Made by a program: the position numbers and the translations under genes. A stretch of DNA of 64,000 nucleotides from a virus: positions 1-64,000 of the IMG/VR virus record IMGVR_UViG_3300022752_000022. One strand, given 5' to 3'. Shown one piece after another: positions 29,660 through 39,756 of this stretch. Under the pieces are notes generated by a model that did not search any database, was not told the origin of the DNA, and saw nothing but the letters and a program-made list of their open reading frames with translations. The first letter of the stretch is position 1. Every line of letters starts with the position of its first letter.

Positions 29660-30994
29660 ATGAACATTGATTCCCTAGTTAAAAAATGGGCACCAGTTTT
29701 AGATCATCCGGATCTTGGAATTATTAAAGATCCACATCGTCGTGCTGTCACAGCACAACTTCTTGAAAATCAAGAAATCGATTCACGCACAAATGGTTCT
29801 GGTGGATATCGCAATCCACAATCATTGCTAGAAACAGCACCAACAAATGCAATGGGCGCATCATCTTCTACAGCAGGCGATGGCGCTATTGACATTTATG
29901 ATCCTGTTCTTATCAGTTTGATCCGTCGTGCAGCACCAAATCTTATCGCTTATGATATCTGCGGCGTTCAGCCAATGACGGGCCCAACAGGCTTGATTTT
30001 TGCAATGCGTTCACGTTATCGCACACAAGGCGGCACTGAAGCATTGTTTAACGAAGCAAATACAACATTCTCTGCTACAAACAGTAACGGCGAATTTGGT
30101 ACAGCACAGACAGGCGCAACACCAGCACTTGCTTCATCAGTAAACTATACTGTTGGCACAGGTATGACAACAGCACAAGCTGAAGCACTTGGTGACGCAT
30201 CTAACAATGCATTCCAAGAAATGGCATTCAGTATTGAAAAGATTTCCGTTGTTGCTAAGAGCCGCGCACTTAAAGCAGAATACACAATGGAACTTGCACA
30301 GGATCTTAAAGCAGTTCACGGTCTTGATGCAGAGCAAGAACTTGCTAACATTCTTTCAACAGAAATTCTTGCTGAAATCAATCGTGAAGTCGTTCGTCAA
30401 GTTAATCTTTCTGCTACAGTCGGCGCACAAGAAAACGTTGCAGTTGCAGGCACATTTGACTTAGACGTTGACGCTAACGGTCGCTGGTCAGTTGAGAAGT
30501 TCAAAGGCTTGATGTTCCAGATTGAGCGTGAAGCAAACGCAATTGCTAAAGCAACACGCCGTGGTAAAGGTAACATCATGATTTGCTCTTCTGACGTTGC
30601 TTCAGCACTTCAGATGGCAGGTGTTCTAGATTATACACCAGCACTTGCAAACAACCTACAAGTTGATGACACAGGCAACACATTCGCAGGTGTTCTTAAT
30701 GGTCGTATTCGTGTTTATATCGATCCATATTTTGCAGCATCTAGTGGTGTTCACTACGCTACAATGGGCTACAAAGGTTCTTCGGCATTTGACGCAGGTC
30801 TTTTCTACTGCCCATATGTTCCTCTTCAGATGGTTCGTGCGGTTGGTCAAGATACATTCCAGCCAAAGATTGGTTTCAAAACACGCTACGGCATGGTAGC
30901 AAATCCATTTGCTACATCCGCTTCTGATGGTGTAATTTCTTTCTCGAATAAGAATATTTACTACCGTCGCTTTGCAATCACAAACTTGATGTAA
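29660..30994 (+). CDS. gp23: Major capsid protein gp23
   Basis: KWAPVLDH, GVQPMTGPTGLIFAMR, KSRALKAEYTMELAQDLKAVHGLDAE, FQPKIGFKTRYG motifs. Confidence 0.98.
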   Translation: MNIDSLVKKWAPVLDHPDLGIIKDPHRRAVTAQLLENQEIDSRTNGSGGYRNPQSLLETAPTNAMGASSSTAGDGAIDIYDPVLISLIRRAAPNLIAYDICGVQPMTGPTGLIFAMRSRYRTQGGTEALFNEANTTFSATNSNGEFGTAQTGATPALASSVNYTVGTGMTTAQAEALGDASNNAFQEMAFSIEKISVVAKSRALKAEYTMELAQDLKAVHGLDAEQELANILSTEILAEINREVVRQVNLSATVGAQENVAVAGTFDLDVDANGRWSVEKFKGLMFQIEREANAIAKATRRGKGNIMICSSDVASALQMAGVLDYTPALANNLQVDDTGNTFAGVLNGRIRVYIDPYFAASSGVHYATMGYKGSSAFDAGLFYCPYVPLQMVRAVGQDTFQPKIGFKTRYGMVANPFATSASDGVISFSNKNIYYRRFAITNLM

Positions 30995-31014
30995 TCCGAA
31001 GCATATCGGATCTT

Positions 31015-31040
31015 AAGGGGATCGAGAGATCCCCTTTTTT
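31015..31040 (+). terminator. Rho-independent terminator after gp23
   Basis: AAGGGGATC-GAGA-GATCCCCTT followed by a T-run. Confidence 0.9.
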
Positions 31041-31074
31041 GTTTTCATAAATAGAGAACAAAAGAGGAGATACA

Positions 31075-31593
31075 ATGGCAGAATTTTCATTTGAACCGCA
31101 GAATAAAAGTTTTCTTTCAAATAACAAGTATGAATTTGTTATTAAAAGATTGCCCAATCTAACTTTTTTTGTTCAATCAATTAATCTGCCAGGAATTACG
31201 TTGCTAAATCCTTCAGTGAATAATCCTTTTGTGCTGACTCCTTTGCCCGGCACTCAACTTGTTTTTGGTCAATTGAGTGCAAATTTTATAGTGGATGAAA
31301 ATTTAGAATCATGGTTAGAAATTTATAATTGGATAACACAACTTGGAAACCCAGTCGGTCGCGATAAAATTGGTACACTCACAAAAACTCCTGGTAAAAA
31401 TAACAGTATTACATCTGACGCATCACTTTTTATTAAAACAAATTCAAATAATCCAAATAAAAAAATTAATTTTTATGATTTATTTCCTGTAGAACTCGGA
31501 GAAATCAATTTTTCGTCAACAGATTCTGGCCAAGAATTTTCTACAACAGCAGTTACATTTGGATACACTTATTATGACATGGATAGTGCTTGA
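31075..31593 (+). CDS. gp3: Tail completion/tube terminator gp3
   Basis: FFVQSINLPGI, FIVDENLESWLEIYNWI, SDASL, DLFPV motifs; CATAAATA late-promoter variant upstream. Confidence 0.85.
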   Translation: MAEFSFEPQNKSFLSNNKYEFVIKRLPNLTFFVQSINLPGITLLNPSVNNPFVLTPLPGTQLVFGQLSANFIVDENLESWLEIYNWITQLGNPVGRDKIGTLTKTPGKNNSITSDASLFIKTNSNNPNKKINFYDLFPVELGEINFSSTDSGQEFSTTAVTFGYTYYDMDSA

Positions 31594-31618
31594 CCATTAT
31601 TAATTAATATGTTATAAT
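31590..31618 (+). promoter_or_regulatory. sigma70-type promoter for uvsY-uvsW
   Basis: TTGACC-17 bp-TATAAT. Confidence 0.75.
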
Positions 31619-31644
31619 TTGTTACAAGTAACATATTTTATAGG

Positions 31645-32088
31645 ATGAACATGACACTTGATCAGATCATGAAAGAATGGACAAAAGATTCTGTTATAGA
31701 TCCGACAGAACTTGGTGAAGAGTCTATAAAAATTCCACAACTTCACAGCAAATATCTTAAAATTTATTACGAAGAGAGAAGAAAACTTAAAGCAATTGAA
31801 TTTAGCGGAAAAGAATTGTCTCTGAATAAGTATGAATATTACAACGGTAGAATGTCACAAGATGAACTTGATAAATTGGAATGGGCACCATTTCAAAAGA
31901 AACTTATGAAGCATGAAATTGAAATGCACATCGAATCAGATCAAGATATCATTAAAAATAACATGAAAATTGTAAACCAAAAAGAAAAAATGGAATTTCT
32001 TGAAGAAGTGATCAAAAATTTAAATCAAAGAAATTTTCAAATCCGTAACGCTATAGAATGGAAGAAATTTATTCAAGGTGTACAATAA
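31645..32088 (+). CDS. uvsY: Recombination mediator UvsY
   Basis: DSVIDPTELGEESIKIPQLHSKY and RNFQIRNAIEWKKF motifs. Confidence 0.9.
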   Translation: MNMTLDQIMKEWTKDSVIDPTELGEESIKIPQLHSKYLKIYYEERRKLKAIEFSGKELSLNKYEYYNGRMSQDELDKLEWAPFQKKLMKHEIEMHIESDQDIIKNNMKIVNQKEKMEFLEEVIKNLNQRNFQIRNAIEWKKFIQGVQ

Positions 32089-33532
32089 AATAATCATTAA
32101 AAGACTAGACGAAGTTTACGTAAAGATCAACTGTGAACGATCTATGGCCGCGGAGTTGTCTGAATACTTTACCTTCTACGTTCCAGGATATAAATTTATG
32201 CCTGCCTTCAGAAACAAGCTATGGGACGGCAAGATTCGCTTATTCAATACGCAGAATCATACACTATATGCTGGGCTGATTGATTATGTTAAAAAATTTG
32301 CATCTGAAAGAGAGTATAAATGTGAAGTATCTGATAATTTAGAACTTGAAACTGAATTTTCTATAAAAGAAGCAACGGATTTTATTAATAAATTAAACAT
32401 ACCATTTCAAGTTCGTGATTATCAATTGAATTCTTTTATAAGATGTGTTAGAAAAAATAGAGCATTACTTGTTTCACCTACTGCCTCTGGTAAATCATTA
32501 ATCATTTATTTACTTACACGATACTATAACGCTAAAACACTCATTATTGTTCCGACAATATCTTTAGTTACACAATTATCAAAAGATATGGAAGACTATG
32601 GTTATGATAGTGATAAATATATATATCAGATTATGGCTGGTGTAGATAAAAATCCAGATAAACAAATTGTAATTTCAACTTGGCAATCTATTTACAAACT
32701 AAAAGATGACTGGTTTGATCAGTTTGATGTTGTTATTGGTGATGAAGCACATCAATTCAAAGCAAAATCTCTTACAACATTGTTATCTAAAATGAAAGAT
32801 TGTAAATATCGATTTGGTCTAACCGGCACACTAGATGGAACACAAACACATAAATTGGTGTTAGAAGGTTTATTCGGTAAACAATTTTCTGTGACAACAA
32901 CAAAAGAATTGATGGACACAGGAAGACTCGCATCATTTAAAATTAAAGCATTGTTACTCAAACATAGTGAAGAAAATTGTAAGACGGCCAAAAATTATAA
33001 GTATCAAGATGAAATAGAATATTTAGTCTCCAATTACGAAAGAAATAGATTCATCAGAAATCTTGTTATAAGTTTAAAAGGCAACACACTTGTTCTTTTT
33101 CAGCTTGTTGAAAAACATGGTAAAGTTTTATATGATTTGATTTCTCAGTCTGTGCGTGATAGGGAAGTTTTTTTTGTTCACGGTGGTATTGATGTTAACC
33201 AAAGAGAATATATTCGACAGTTAACTGAAAAGCAAAATAACGCAATAATTATTGCATCATATGGCACATTTTCAACAGGAATCAATATACGAAATTTGCA
33301 TAACATAGTATTTGCATCACCGAGTAAAAGTAAAATTAGAACACTTCAGTCTATTGGCCGTGGTTTAAGGCTTGGTGAAAATAAAGAATCCGCTGTCTTA
33401 TATGATATTGCGGATGACATATCATATAAAGCAAAAAAGAATTTCACATTGATGCATTTTACAGAACGAATGAAAATATATGGCGAAGAAAAGTTTGAAT
33501 ATAAAATCTATACCATAGAATTAAAGGAATAA
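32078..33532 (+). CDS. uvsW: SF2 DNA helicase UvsW
   Basis: SPTASGKS, GDEAH, GLTGT, LQSIGRGLR motifs. Confidence 0.96.
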   Translation: MYNKIIIKRLDEVYVKINCERSMAAELSEYFTFYVPGYKFMPAFRNKLWDGKIRLFNTQNHTLYAGLIDYVKKFASEREYKCEVSDNLELETEFSIKEATDFINKLNIPFQVRDYQLNSFIRCVRKNRALLVSPTASGKSLIIYLLTRYYNAKTLIIVPTISLVTQLSKDMEDYGYDSDKYIYQIMAGVDKNPDKQIVISTWQSIYKLKDDWFDQFDVVIGDEAHQFKAKSLTTLLSKMKDCKYRFGLTGTLDGTQTHKLVLEGLFGKQFSVTTTKELMDTGRLASFKIKALLLKHSEENCKTAKNYKYQDEIEYLVSNYERNRFIRNLVISLKGNTLVLFQLVEKHGKVLYDLISQSVRDREVFFVHGGIDVNQREYIRQLTEKQNNAIIIASYGTFSTGINIRNLHNIVFASPSKSKIRTLQSIGRGLRLGENKESAVLYDIADDISYKAKKNFTLMHFTERMKIYGEEKFEYKIYTIELKE

Positions 33533-33536
33533 AAAA

Positions 33537-33914
33537 ATGATACCAGATAACATAAGACTATTGAAACTATCATCATCGGATGACATCTTAGGAGAAGTCA
33601 TAGAAGAAACAACTTCAACAGTTGTCATAAACTTTCCTTTGAAAATAGTGCCAATGCCTGCTAAAAACGATATTGGTATGAGCATGGGAATGATGAGATG
33701 GGATTTCTTCATGGACTATGATTCACCTATTCATTTCAACAAATTTACTATTATGGCAATGTCTCCTGTAACAGATGACGTAAAAGCATCTTACTGTCAA
33801 GCATTTCAAAAATATATGATGATGAAAAATATGAAAGAAAATGATCTTGGAGATAACTTAGATGAAGATATTCAAGCAAATGATTTAAATCTATCAAATA
33901 GAACTCTTCATTGA
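33537..33914 (+). CDS. Sm-like hypothetical protein between uvsW and gp55
   Basis: IRLLKLSSSDDILGEV N-terminal motif; ends RTLH. Confidence 0.65.
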   Translation: MIPDNIRLLKLSSSDDILGEVIEETTSTVVINFPLKIVPMPAKNDIGMSMGMMRWDFFMDYDSPIHFNKFTIMAMSPVTDDVKASYCQAFQKYMMMKNMKENDLGDNLDEDIQANDLNLSNRTLH

Positions 33915-33927
33915 ACTCAACACAGCC

Positions 33928-33956
33928 ATTATACAAATAAAAATATTTTTTGTCAA
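33928..33956 (-). promoter_or_regulatory. Perfect-consensus sigma70 promoter on the minus strand
   Basis: The + strand reads ATTATA-17 bp-TGTCAA, i.e. TTGACA-17-TATAAT on the - strand. Confidence 0.75.
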
Positions 33957-33973
33957 TACACAAAGGAGTGAAA

Positions 33974-34549
33974 ATGGGAAAAACACATTATGTGAACAAT
34001 GAAAAATTTTTAGAGCAGATGAAAGAATTTCGTGCTAATGTTATAGATGCTAAATCAAATAACTTGGAAAGACCGAGGGTGCCGGAGTATATTGGTGAGT
34101 GCATATTCAAAATTGCGTCACACTTAGCACGAAAACCAAATTTTGCTAATTATACTTTTAAAGATGACATGATTTCTGATGGTGTTGAAAATTGCTTACT
34201 CTACATAGATAATTTTGATCCAGAAAAATCAAGTAATCCATTTGCGTACTTTACTCAAATTATTTACTTTGCTTTTTTGCGCCGAATACAAAAAGAAAAA
34301 AAGCAATTGTATGTGAAGTATAAATCAATGGAAAACGAAGTGATTAATTCTTTGATACAAAATAATGGTGAAGATTTAATTGCTGGGCATCTAAATGGAA
34401 TTCTTCATGATAGTTATAGCGAAGAATTCATTCGTGATTTTATAAACACATTTGAGGATAACAAACGCAGAAAGATTAGAAAACGCAAGAGCAAACTTGA
34501 AGAATTTATGGAGGACGATGATGCAGACGCCATTGCCAGTACAAGTTGA
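33974..34549 (+). CDS. gp55: Late transcription sigma factor gp55
   Basis: HYVNNEKF, YIGECIFKIA, DDMISDGVENC, NPFAYFTQIIYFAFLRRIQKEK motifs; AAGGAG RBS before 33974. Confidence 0.96.
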   Translation: MGKTHYVNNEKFLEQMKEFRANVIDAKSNNLERPRVPEYIGECIFKIASHLARKPNFANYTFKDDMISDGVENCLLYIDNFDPEKSSNPFAYFTQIIYFAFLRRIQKEKKQLYVKYKSMENEVINSLIQNNGEDLIAGHLNGILHDSYSEEFIRDFINTFEDNKRRKIRKRKSKLEEFMEDDDADAIASTS

Positions 34550-34700
34550 ACATTGGTTAAAAATTATAGATAACAAAAGATCGCCGAACGATTTAAAGGA
34601 ACAAGCGATGTTGCATTTAACACACATTCGTGATACAATAGACAAACATTTAACCAGTGCAAAGTTGAAAAAACGTTATGAAAATATGTCTACTCGGTGA
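34518..34700 (+). CDS. Small hypothetical protein
   Basis: GGAGG RBS before ATG 34518/34521; overlaps gp55 and gp47. Confidence 0.55.
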   Translation: MMQTPLPVQVEHWLKIIDNKRSPNDLKEQAMLHLTHIRDTIDKHLTSAKLKKRYENMSTR

Positions 34701-35769
34701 TACACATTTTGGTGTTAGAAATGATAGCAAAGTATTTCATTCTTATTATGAAAAATATTATACCGATTTCTTTTTTCCTAAGCTGAAAGAACTCGGTGTA
34801 AACACCATTGTTCAATTAGGAGATTTATTTGATCGTAGAAAATATATCAATTTTCAAACGTTAGCGGAGTCACGTAGGTATTTCTTTGAACCACTTAAAG
34901 AATATGGTATGACGATGTATACGCTCTTAGGTAACCACGATATATTTTGGAAAGAAAGTGTGTCAGTAAATTCACCGGAATTGTTGCTTGCCGACTACTC
35001 TAATGTTCATGTGATTAAAGATCCAACTTCACTAAAGCATTTGAATGTGGATCTTATACCATGGATATGTAAAGAAAACGAACAGCAAATTATGGACTAC
35101 ATACAGAAAAGTAATTTACCAATTTGCTGTGGCCATTTTGAATTAGCTAACTATGCGATGATCAAAAATGTTCAGCCACATCACGAAGGGCTTGACGACG
35201 GCTTTCTTTCCAAGTATCATAGTGTCTTTAGTGGTCACTTTCATACATTCTCACAGAAAAACAATGTGACGTATCTCGGTACACCATATGAACTTTACTG
35301 GAATGATTATCGTGATCAAAAGTATATTGGTATTTTAGATACGAATACACTGCAAATAGAATACATTGAGAATCCTTATCGTATGTTCTACAAGATCAAC
35401 TACGACGATGCAAAAGAATATGGTGAACATGGATTTTTAGGTAATCTTCAGTACACAATGAGAGCAAACAATCTTTATAAAAATACATACGTTAAAGTCA
35501 TTGTAGTGAATAAAACAAACCAAATGTTATTTGACGATGTGATTTCAGCAGTTATGAAAACAGAACCAGCAGATGTTCAAATCGTAGAAGATTTCACTTC
35601 ACAAGTAGAATCAAACGATGATATAATTAATCAAGCGGAAGATACGATGACAATTCTTTCCAAATACATTGACGGCCAAGAATTGAGTGTATCATCAACC
35701 AAATTAAAAAATGTAATGCACAATCTTTATGTTGAAGCATTGTCCCTTGAAACTGAATCTAATGCATGA
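34678..35769 (+). CDS. gp47: Recombination nuclease gp47 (Mre11-like)
   Basis: GDTHFG, LGDLFDRRK, GNHD, SGHFH metallophosphoesterase motifs. Confidence 0.95.
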   Translation: MKICLLGDTHFGVRNDSKVFHSYYEKYYTDFFFPKLKELGVNTIVQLGDLFDRRKYINFQTLAESRRYFFEPLKEYGMTMYTLLGNHDIFWKESVSVNSPELLLADYSNVHVIKDPTSLKHLNVDLIPWICKENEQQIMDYIQKSNLPICCGHFELANYAMIKNVQPHHEGLDDGFLSKYHSVFSGHFHTFSQKNNVTYLGTPYELYWNDYRDQKYIGILDTNTLQIEYIENPYRMFYKINYDDAKEYGEHGFLGNLQYTMRANNLYKNTYVKVIVVNKTNQMLFDDVISAVMKTEPADVQIVEDFTSQVESNDDIINQAEDTMTILSKYIDGQELSVSSTKLKNVMHNLYVEALSLETESNA

Positions 35770-37478
35770 TAAATTTCAAAAAACTTAGATGGAAAAACTT
35801 CATATCAACTGGTAATTATTTCACTGAGTTGAATCTATGCGGTAATTCTACGACACTCATCATAGGCGCAAATGGATCAGGCAAATCTACTATGCTTGAT
35901 GCTTTGTGCTTTGGTTTATTTGGTAAGCCGTTTCGTAACATCAACAAACCTCAATTGCTAAACAGCATCAATCAAAAAGATTGTGTTGTAGAAATTGAGT
36001 TCACGCTAGGATCTAAAGATTATAAAGTCATTCGCGGGTTGAAGCCGGGGATCTTTGAAGTCTATTGCAATGACGAACTAGTTACACAAAATGCGTCTGC
36101 AAAAGATTATCAAGACCATCTAGAGAAAAATATTCTCAAACTTAATCATAAGTCTTTCACGCAGATTGTTGTTTTGGGTAGTGCATCATTTACACCATTC
36201 ATGCAGCTATCAGCAGCAGATAGAAGACAAATCATTGAAGACTTACTGGACATTCAAATCTTTTCAAAGATGAACGTTGTTCTAAAAAACAAACAACAAA
36301 CTTTGAAAGATGAATTGATTCAACTCAAGAGCGACATTGCAATCCATACAGAGCGTATGCAAAGCATTGTTGCATTGATACAAACATTAGAACGTAATAA
36401 TGCTGATAAGATTAAAACGATTGAAAGTCACATAGCAAACACTACAAATGAAATCTTTGAGTGTAAAATTAATCATCAAAATCTTTCTGATGAAAATGTA
36501 ATGTTGGCCGAACAGATTGTTGACTTATCATCGTCACAAAAGAAATTGTCAAAGCAAGAAACAATCAAAGTCAATCTATCAAAGACAAGTGATAAAATTT
36601 GTAACGATATTGCATTCTATCATGACACTGAAACATGCCCAACATGTAAACAGACAATCACGGAGTCTTTCAAACAAAAAGTTATATCAGATAAAAAATC
36701 TAAGCATGAAGAAGTGAACACTGCAATTAAAACACTTGAAGAAGAATCAGTAGCATTGAAACACAAAATTCATTTGTATGAAGGCATAGCAAATGCAATT
36801 GCAAATAATAATGTTGCCATCTCTAAATGGCAAATAAAAGCATTTGCAGCGAAGAGCGTACTAGATTCTTTGAATCGTGATTTAGACTCTGCAAAAAATT
36901 CTAAAGCAGATTTGAATGAACAGAAAGAAAAATTGAATATAGTCAAAAATGAATTGATTGATTTTGACGAAAAACAAAAACAATTCAACGAACAAAAAGC
37001 GTACTACGATGCTGCAACTTCATTGCTCAAAGATGGTGGTATCAAAACACGCATCGTTAAACAGTATATACCAATCATTAATAAATTAGTTAACAAGAAT
37101 CTTCAAGCAATGGACTTTTTTGTTAACTTCACACTTGATGAATCTTTTAAAGAAACCATCAAGTCTCGCCATCGTGATGATTTTAGTTATGCATCATTTA
37201 GTGAAGGCGAAAAACAACGTATAGATATGGCATTGATGTTGACATGGAGAGCAGTTGCGAAGTTGAAGAATTCTGCAAATACCAATCTGCTGATTCTTGA
37301 TGAAATATTTGATTCATCATTAGATGCAAACGGCACTGAAGACTTGATGAAAATTCTCGCAATGCTTGATGACAGTAATTTATTTGTGATCAGTCATAAA
37401 GGTGATGCTCTTCAAGATAGATTTGATAACGTAATTAAATTTGAAAAGGTAAATAATTTTTCAAGGATTGCAAAATGA
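35766..37478 (+). CDS. gp46: Recombination ATPase gp46 (Rad50-like)
   Basis: GANGSGKS Walker A, CPTC zinc hook, FSEGEK signature, LILDE Walker B. Confidence 0.96.
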   Translation: MINFKKLRWKNFISTGNYFTELNLCGNSTTLIIGANGSGKSTMLDALCFGLFGKPFRNINKPQLLNSINQKDCVVEIEFTLGSKDYKVIRGLKPGIFEVYCNDELVTQNASAKDYQDHLEKNILKLNHKSFTQIVVLGSASFTPFMQLSAADRRQIIEDLLDIQIFSKMNVVLKNKQQTLKDELIQLKSDIAIHTERMQSIVALIQTLERNNADKIKTIESHIANTTNEIFECKINHQNLSDENVMLAEQIVDLSSSQKKLSKQETIKVNLSKTSDKICNDIAFYHDTETCPTCKQTITESFKQKVISDKKSKHEEVNTAIKTLEEESVALKHKIHLYEGIANAIANNNVAISKWQIKAFAAKSVLDSLNRDLDSAKNSKADLNEQKEKLNIVKNELIDFDEKQKQFNEQKAYYDAATSLLKDGGIKTRIVKQYIPIINKLVNKNLQAMDFFVNFTLDESFKETIKSRHRDDFSYASFSEGEKQRIDMALMLTWRAVAKLKNSANTNLLILDEIFDSSLDANGTEDLMKILAMLDDSNLFVISHKGDALQDRFDNVIKFEKVNNFSRIAK

Positions 37479-37993
37479 AATACACTTTGATAAAAGAAAC
37501 TGCACCGATATTGAGAGTGCCGTGTGTTGAATTTGATTTTTCTGATCCGCCATGTGATCCGATTGAACTTGCAAATGATCTAAATGAAACAATGATTGCT
37601 AACGATGGTTTAGGTCTTTCTGCTAATCAAGTGGGATTAGAATATCGTGTTTTTGTTGTTCGAACGGAAGAAAACAAACCCCTCGCTTTGTTCAATCCAG
37701 AAATAGTTTCTGTATCTGATAAATTAATTTCTTTAAAAGAGGGCTGTCTTAGTTTTCCGTTATTATATTTAAATGTCAAACGCCCTGAGTGGGTTAGAGT
37801 TCGATATAAAGATCAGTATAGTGAAATTCATACTAAAAGATATATGGGTGTAACATGCCGAGTTGTTCTTCATGAATATGATCATATGGAAGGAAAAGTA
37901 TTTACTCACGCAGCATCAAAATTTGAGTCACAAAGGGCCCTAAGAAAAAGAATGATCTTGAGAAGACGAGTCAACGGACAAAAAGATGATTAA
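37475..37993 (+). CDS. def: Peptide deformylase
   Basis: GLGLSANQVG, EGCLS and HEYDHMEG, the three PDF motifs. Confidence 0.95.
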   Translation: MKYTLIKETAPILRVPCVEFDFSDPPCDPIELANDLNETMIANDGLGLSANQVGLEYRVFVVRTEENKPLALFNPEIVSVSDKLISLKEGCLSFPLLYLNVKRPEWVRVRYKDQYSEIHTKRYMGVTCRVVLHEYDHMEGKVFTHAASKFESQRALRKRMILRRRVNGQKDD

Positions 37994-38426
37994 AGAAAAA
38001 TACTTAGGCACTTACATGAAAACTGCTAGACTCTTTGCAGAGCATAGCAGTGCAGTCAGAAAAAAAGTTGGCGCAGTTGTTGTAAAAGATAATCGGATCA
38101 TTTCAATTGGCTATAATGGTATGCCAAGTGGATGGACAAATGAGTGCGAGCATTGGACCGAAACAGCAGAACTTCAAAGTGAATATGTAACAAAACCAGA
38201 AGTTCTCCATGCTGAAACCAATGCAATTGCTAAGTTAGCGAGATCCACCGAATCTGGTGATGGTGCAAGTATGTTTGTGACTTGCAGTCCATGCTTAGAG
38301 TGTGCTAAACTTATATTTCAAAGTGGAATTACAGAAGTGTTCTATAGTGAAGACTATAGGACAAATGATGGTATTAAATTTTTGAAACAATGTGGTATCT
38401 TAGTAAGAAAGTTGGAGAATGAGTAG
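37986..38426 (+). CDS. cd: dCMP deaminase
   Basis: IISIGYNG, HAETNAI, SPCLEC zinc motifs. Confidence 0.93.
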   Translation: MIKEKYLGTYMKTARLFAEHSSAVRKKVGAVVVKDNRIISIGYNGMPSGWTNECEHWTETAELQSEYVTKPEVLHAETNAIAKLARSTESGDGASMFVTCSPCLECAKLIFQSGITEVFYSEDYRTNDGIKFLKQCGILVRKLENE

Positions 38427-38646
38427 AAGACGATCTATAAATGAGGGTGCGTCATATAACGATGCTTCTAGAGAAATTAACAGATTTGTATATAAGAAAA
38501 AAGTTGAAACATATAAAGTATGTGATGCATGGAGAAAAGCACTTGCAGAAGATCCAAATTTGCAATATAGAATGACATTCTTAGAATTCAAAAGAAAATT
38601 TTTTAGAAAAAATCGTGGAGTAAAAAATGGTAAAGAAAAAAGCTGA
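38419..38646 (+). CDS. Small basic hypothetical protein
   Basis: 75-aa ORF overlapping both neighbours. Confidence 0.55.
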   Translation: MSRRRSINEGASYNDASREINRFVYKKKVETYKVCDAWRKALAEDPNLQYRMTFLEFKRKFFRKNRGVKNGKEKS

Positions 38647-38998
38647 AGTGAAATCAGTAGAAGAATCTACTCAGTATGAGAGTTTACTCGGTGTGAAAGA
38701 GAGTGCGACAACAAGTCTTGATCTAACTGAAATGATGGACTTGACTGAAGAAGAAAAGAAACTGGTTGAAATTGACGAAGAAGCAGAGTGGAAGAAACAT
38801 TGGCAAGGTATGCCAGAATTCAAACAAGAAGACAATCCTACATACAAAACAATCTACGTTCATTTTAGAAACAAAGAAGACTACGAAGATTTTGCGAAAC
38901 TGATTGACCAAAATCTCAGTGACAAAACTAAATCAATCTGGCATCCTAAACTTGATAGAACAGAGAATGCATTATTGCGATGGATCGTTGAAGAATGA
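38627..38998 (+). CDS. Small protein associated with phage DNA-modification glycosyltransferase loci
   Basis: WQGMPEFKQED..IYVHFRNKEDYEDFAKLI..TKSIWHP; ATGA-coupled to the methyltransferase. Confidence 0.6.
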   Translation: MVKKKAEVKSVEESTQYESLLGVKESATTSLDLTEMMDLTEEEKKLVEIDEEAEWKKHWQGMPEFKQEDNPTYKTIYVHFRNKEDYEDFAKLIDQNLSDKTKSIWHPKLDRTENALLRWIVEE

Positions 38999-39756
38999 AT
39001 TTCATAACAGCAAAGAAACAAGACCTCTTTAATCATTTCATTACAGATTATAAAACATTATTTGATGTTGATGAAAATCTTGCGAAGACATTTCTAAAAA
39101 ATGGTGAACTATTCAAGCGATTGACTGAAGAATGGTATCATCAATTAGAAAATGGTACACTTCAAGATGCATATCGTGTCTATGATGATGAATATTATTT
39201 TGTTGACATCTTCAATTGTTATGCAACTTATAGCAGAGATTATATCAAACGGATTATAAAATCTCCGACAGCACTTGCTTTACTCAAGGATTCCAAATCG
39301 TTCGTTGACATTGGATGCGGAATCAGTTATAGTACATGTGCATTGAAGCAAGTATTTCCAAACGCAAAAGCATATGCTATCAATTTGAGAAATACAAAGC
39401 AATGGAAATTCTGTGATATGATGAGCAAGACTCATCATTTCCATTTGATTGAATCAGTTGATGAAGTTGCAGGTGAAGTTGATTTTGTTTTTGCTTCCGA
39501 ATACTTTGAACACATTGAGAATCCAACTAGACATTTTCAAGAGATTGTAGATAAGATTCAGCCTAAATATTTTATCATTGCAAATGCATTCAACACATGG
39601 TCGATTGGCCATTATAAAACTTATGTGTATGATCATACGACGGTTGATCAAAGTAAGATTAGTAAATTATTCAATAGATACATAAGATTGAATGGTTATG
39701 AAAAAGTGAATTGTAACTTATGGAATAATAAGCCTACGATATGGAAGAAAGTATGA
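38995..39756 (+). CDS. Class I SAM-dependent methyltransferase
   Basis: FVDIGCGIS motif I and DFVFASEYFEHIENP post-motif II. Confidence 0.82.
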   Translation: MNFITAKKQDLFNHFITDYKTLFDVDENLAKTFLKNGELFKRLTEEWYHQLENGTLQDAYRVYDDEYYFVDIFNCYATYSRDYIKRIIKSPTALALLKDSKSFVDIGCGISYSTCALKQVFPNAKAYAINLRNTKQWKFCDMMSKTHHFHLIESVDEVAGEVDFVFASEYFEHIENPTRHFQEIVDKIQPKYFIIANAFNTWSIGHYKTYVYDHTTVDQSKISKLFNRYIRLNGYEKVNCNLWNNKPTIWKKV

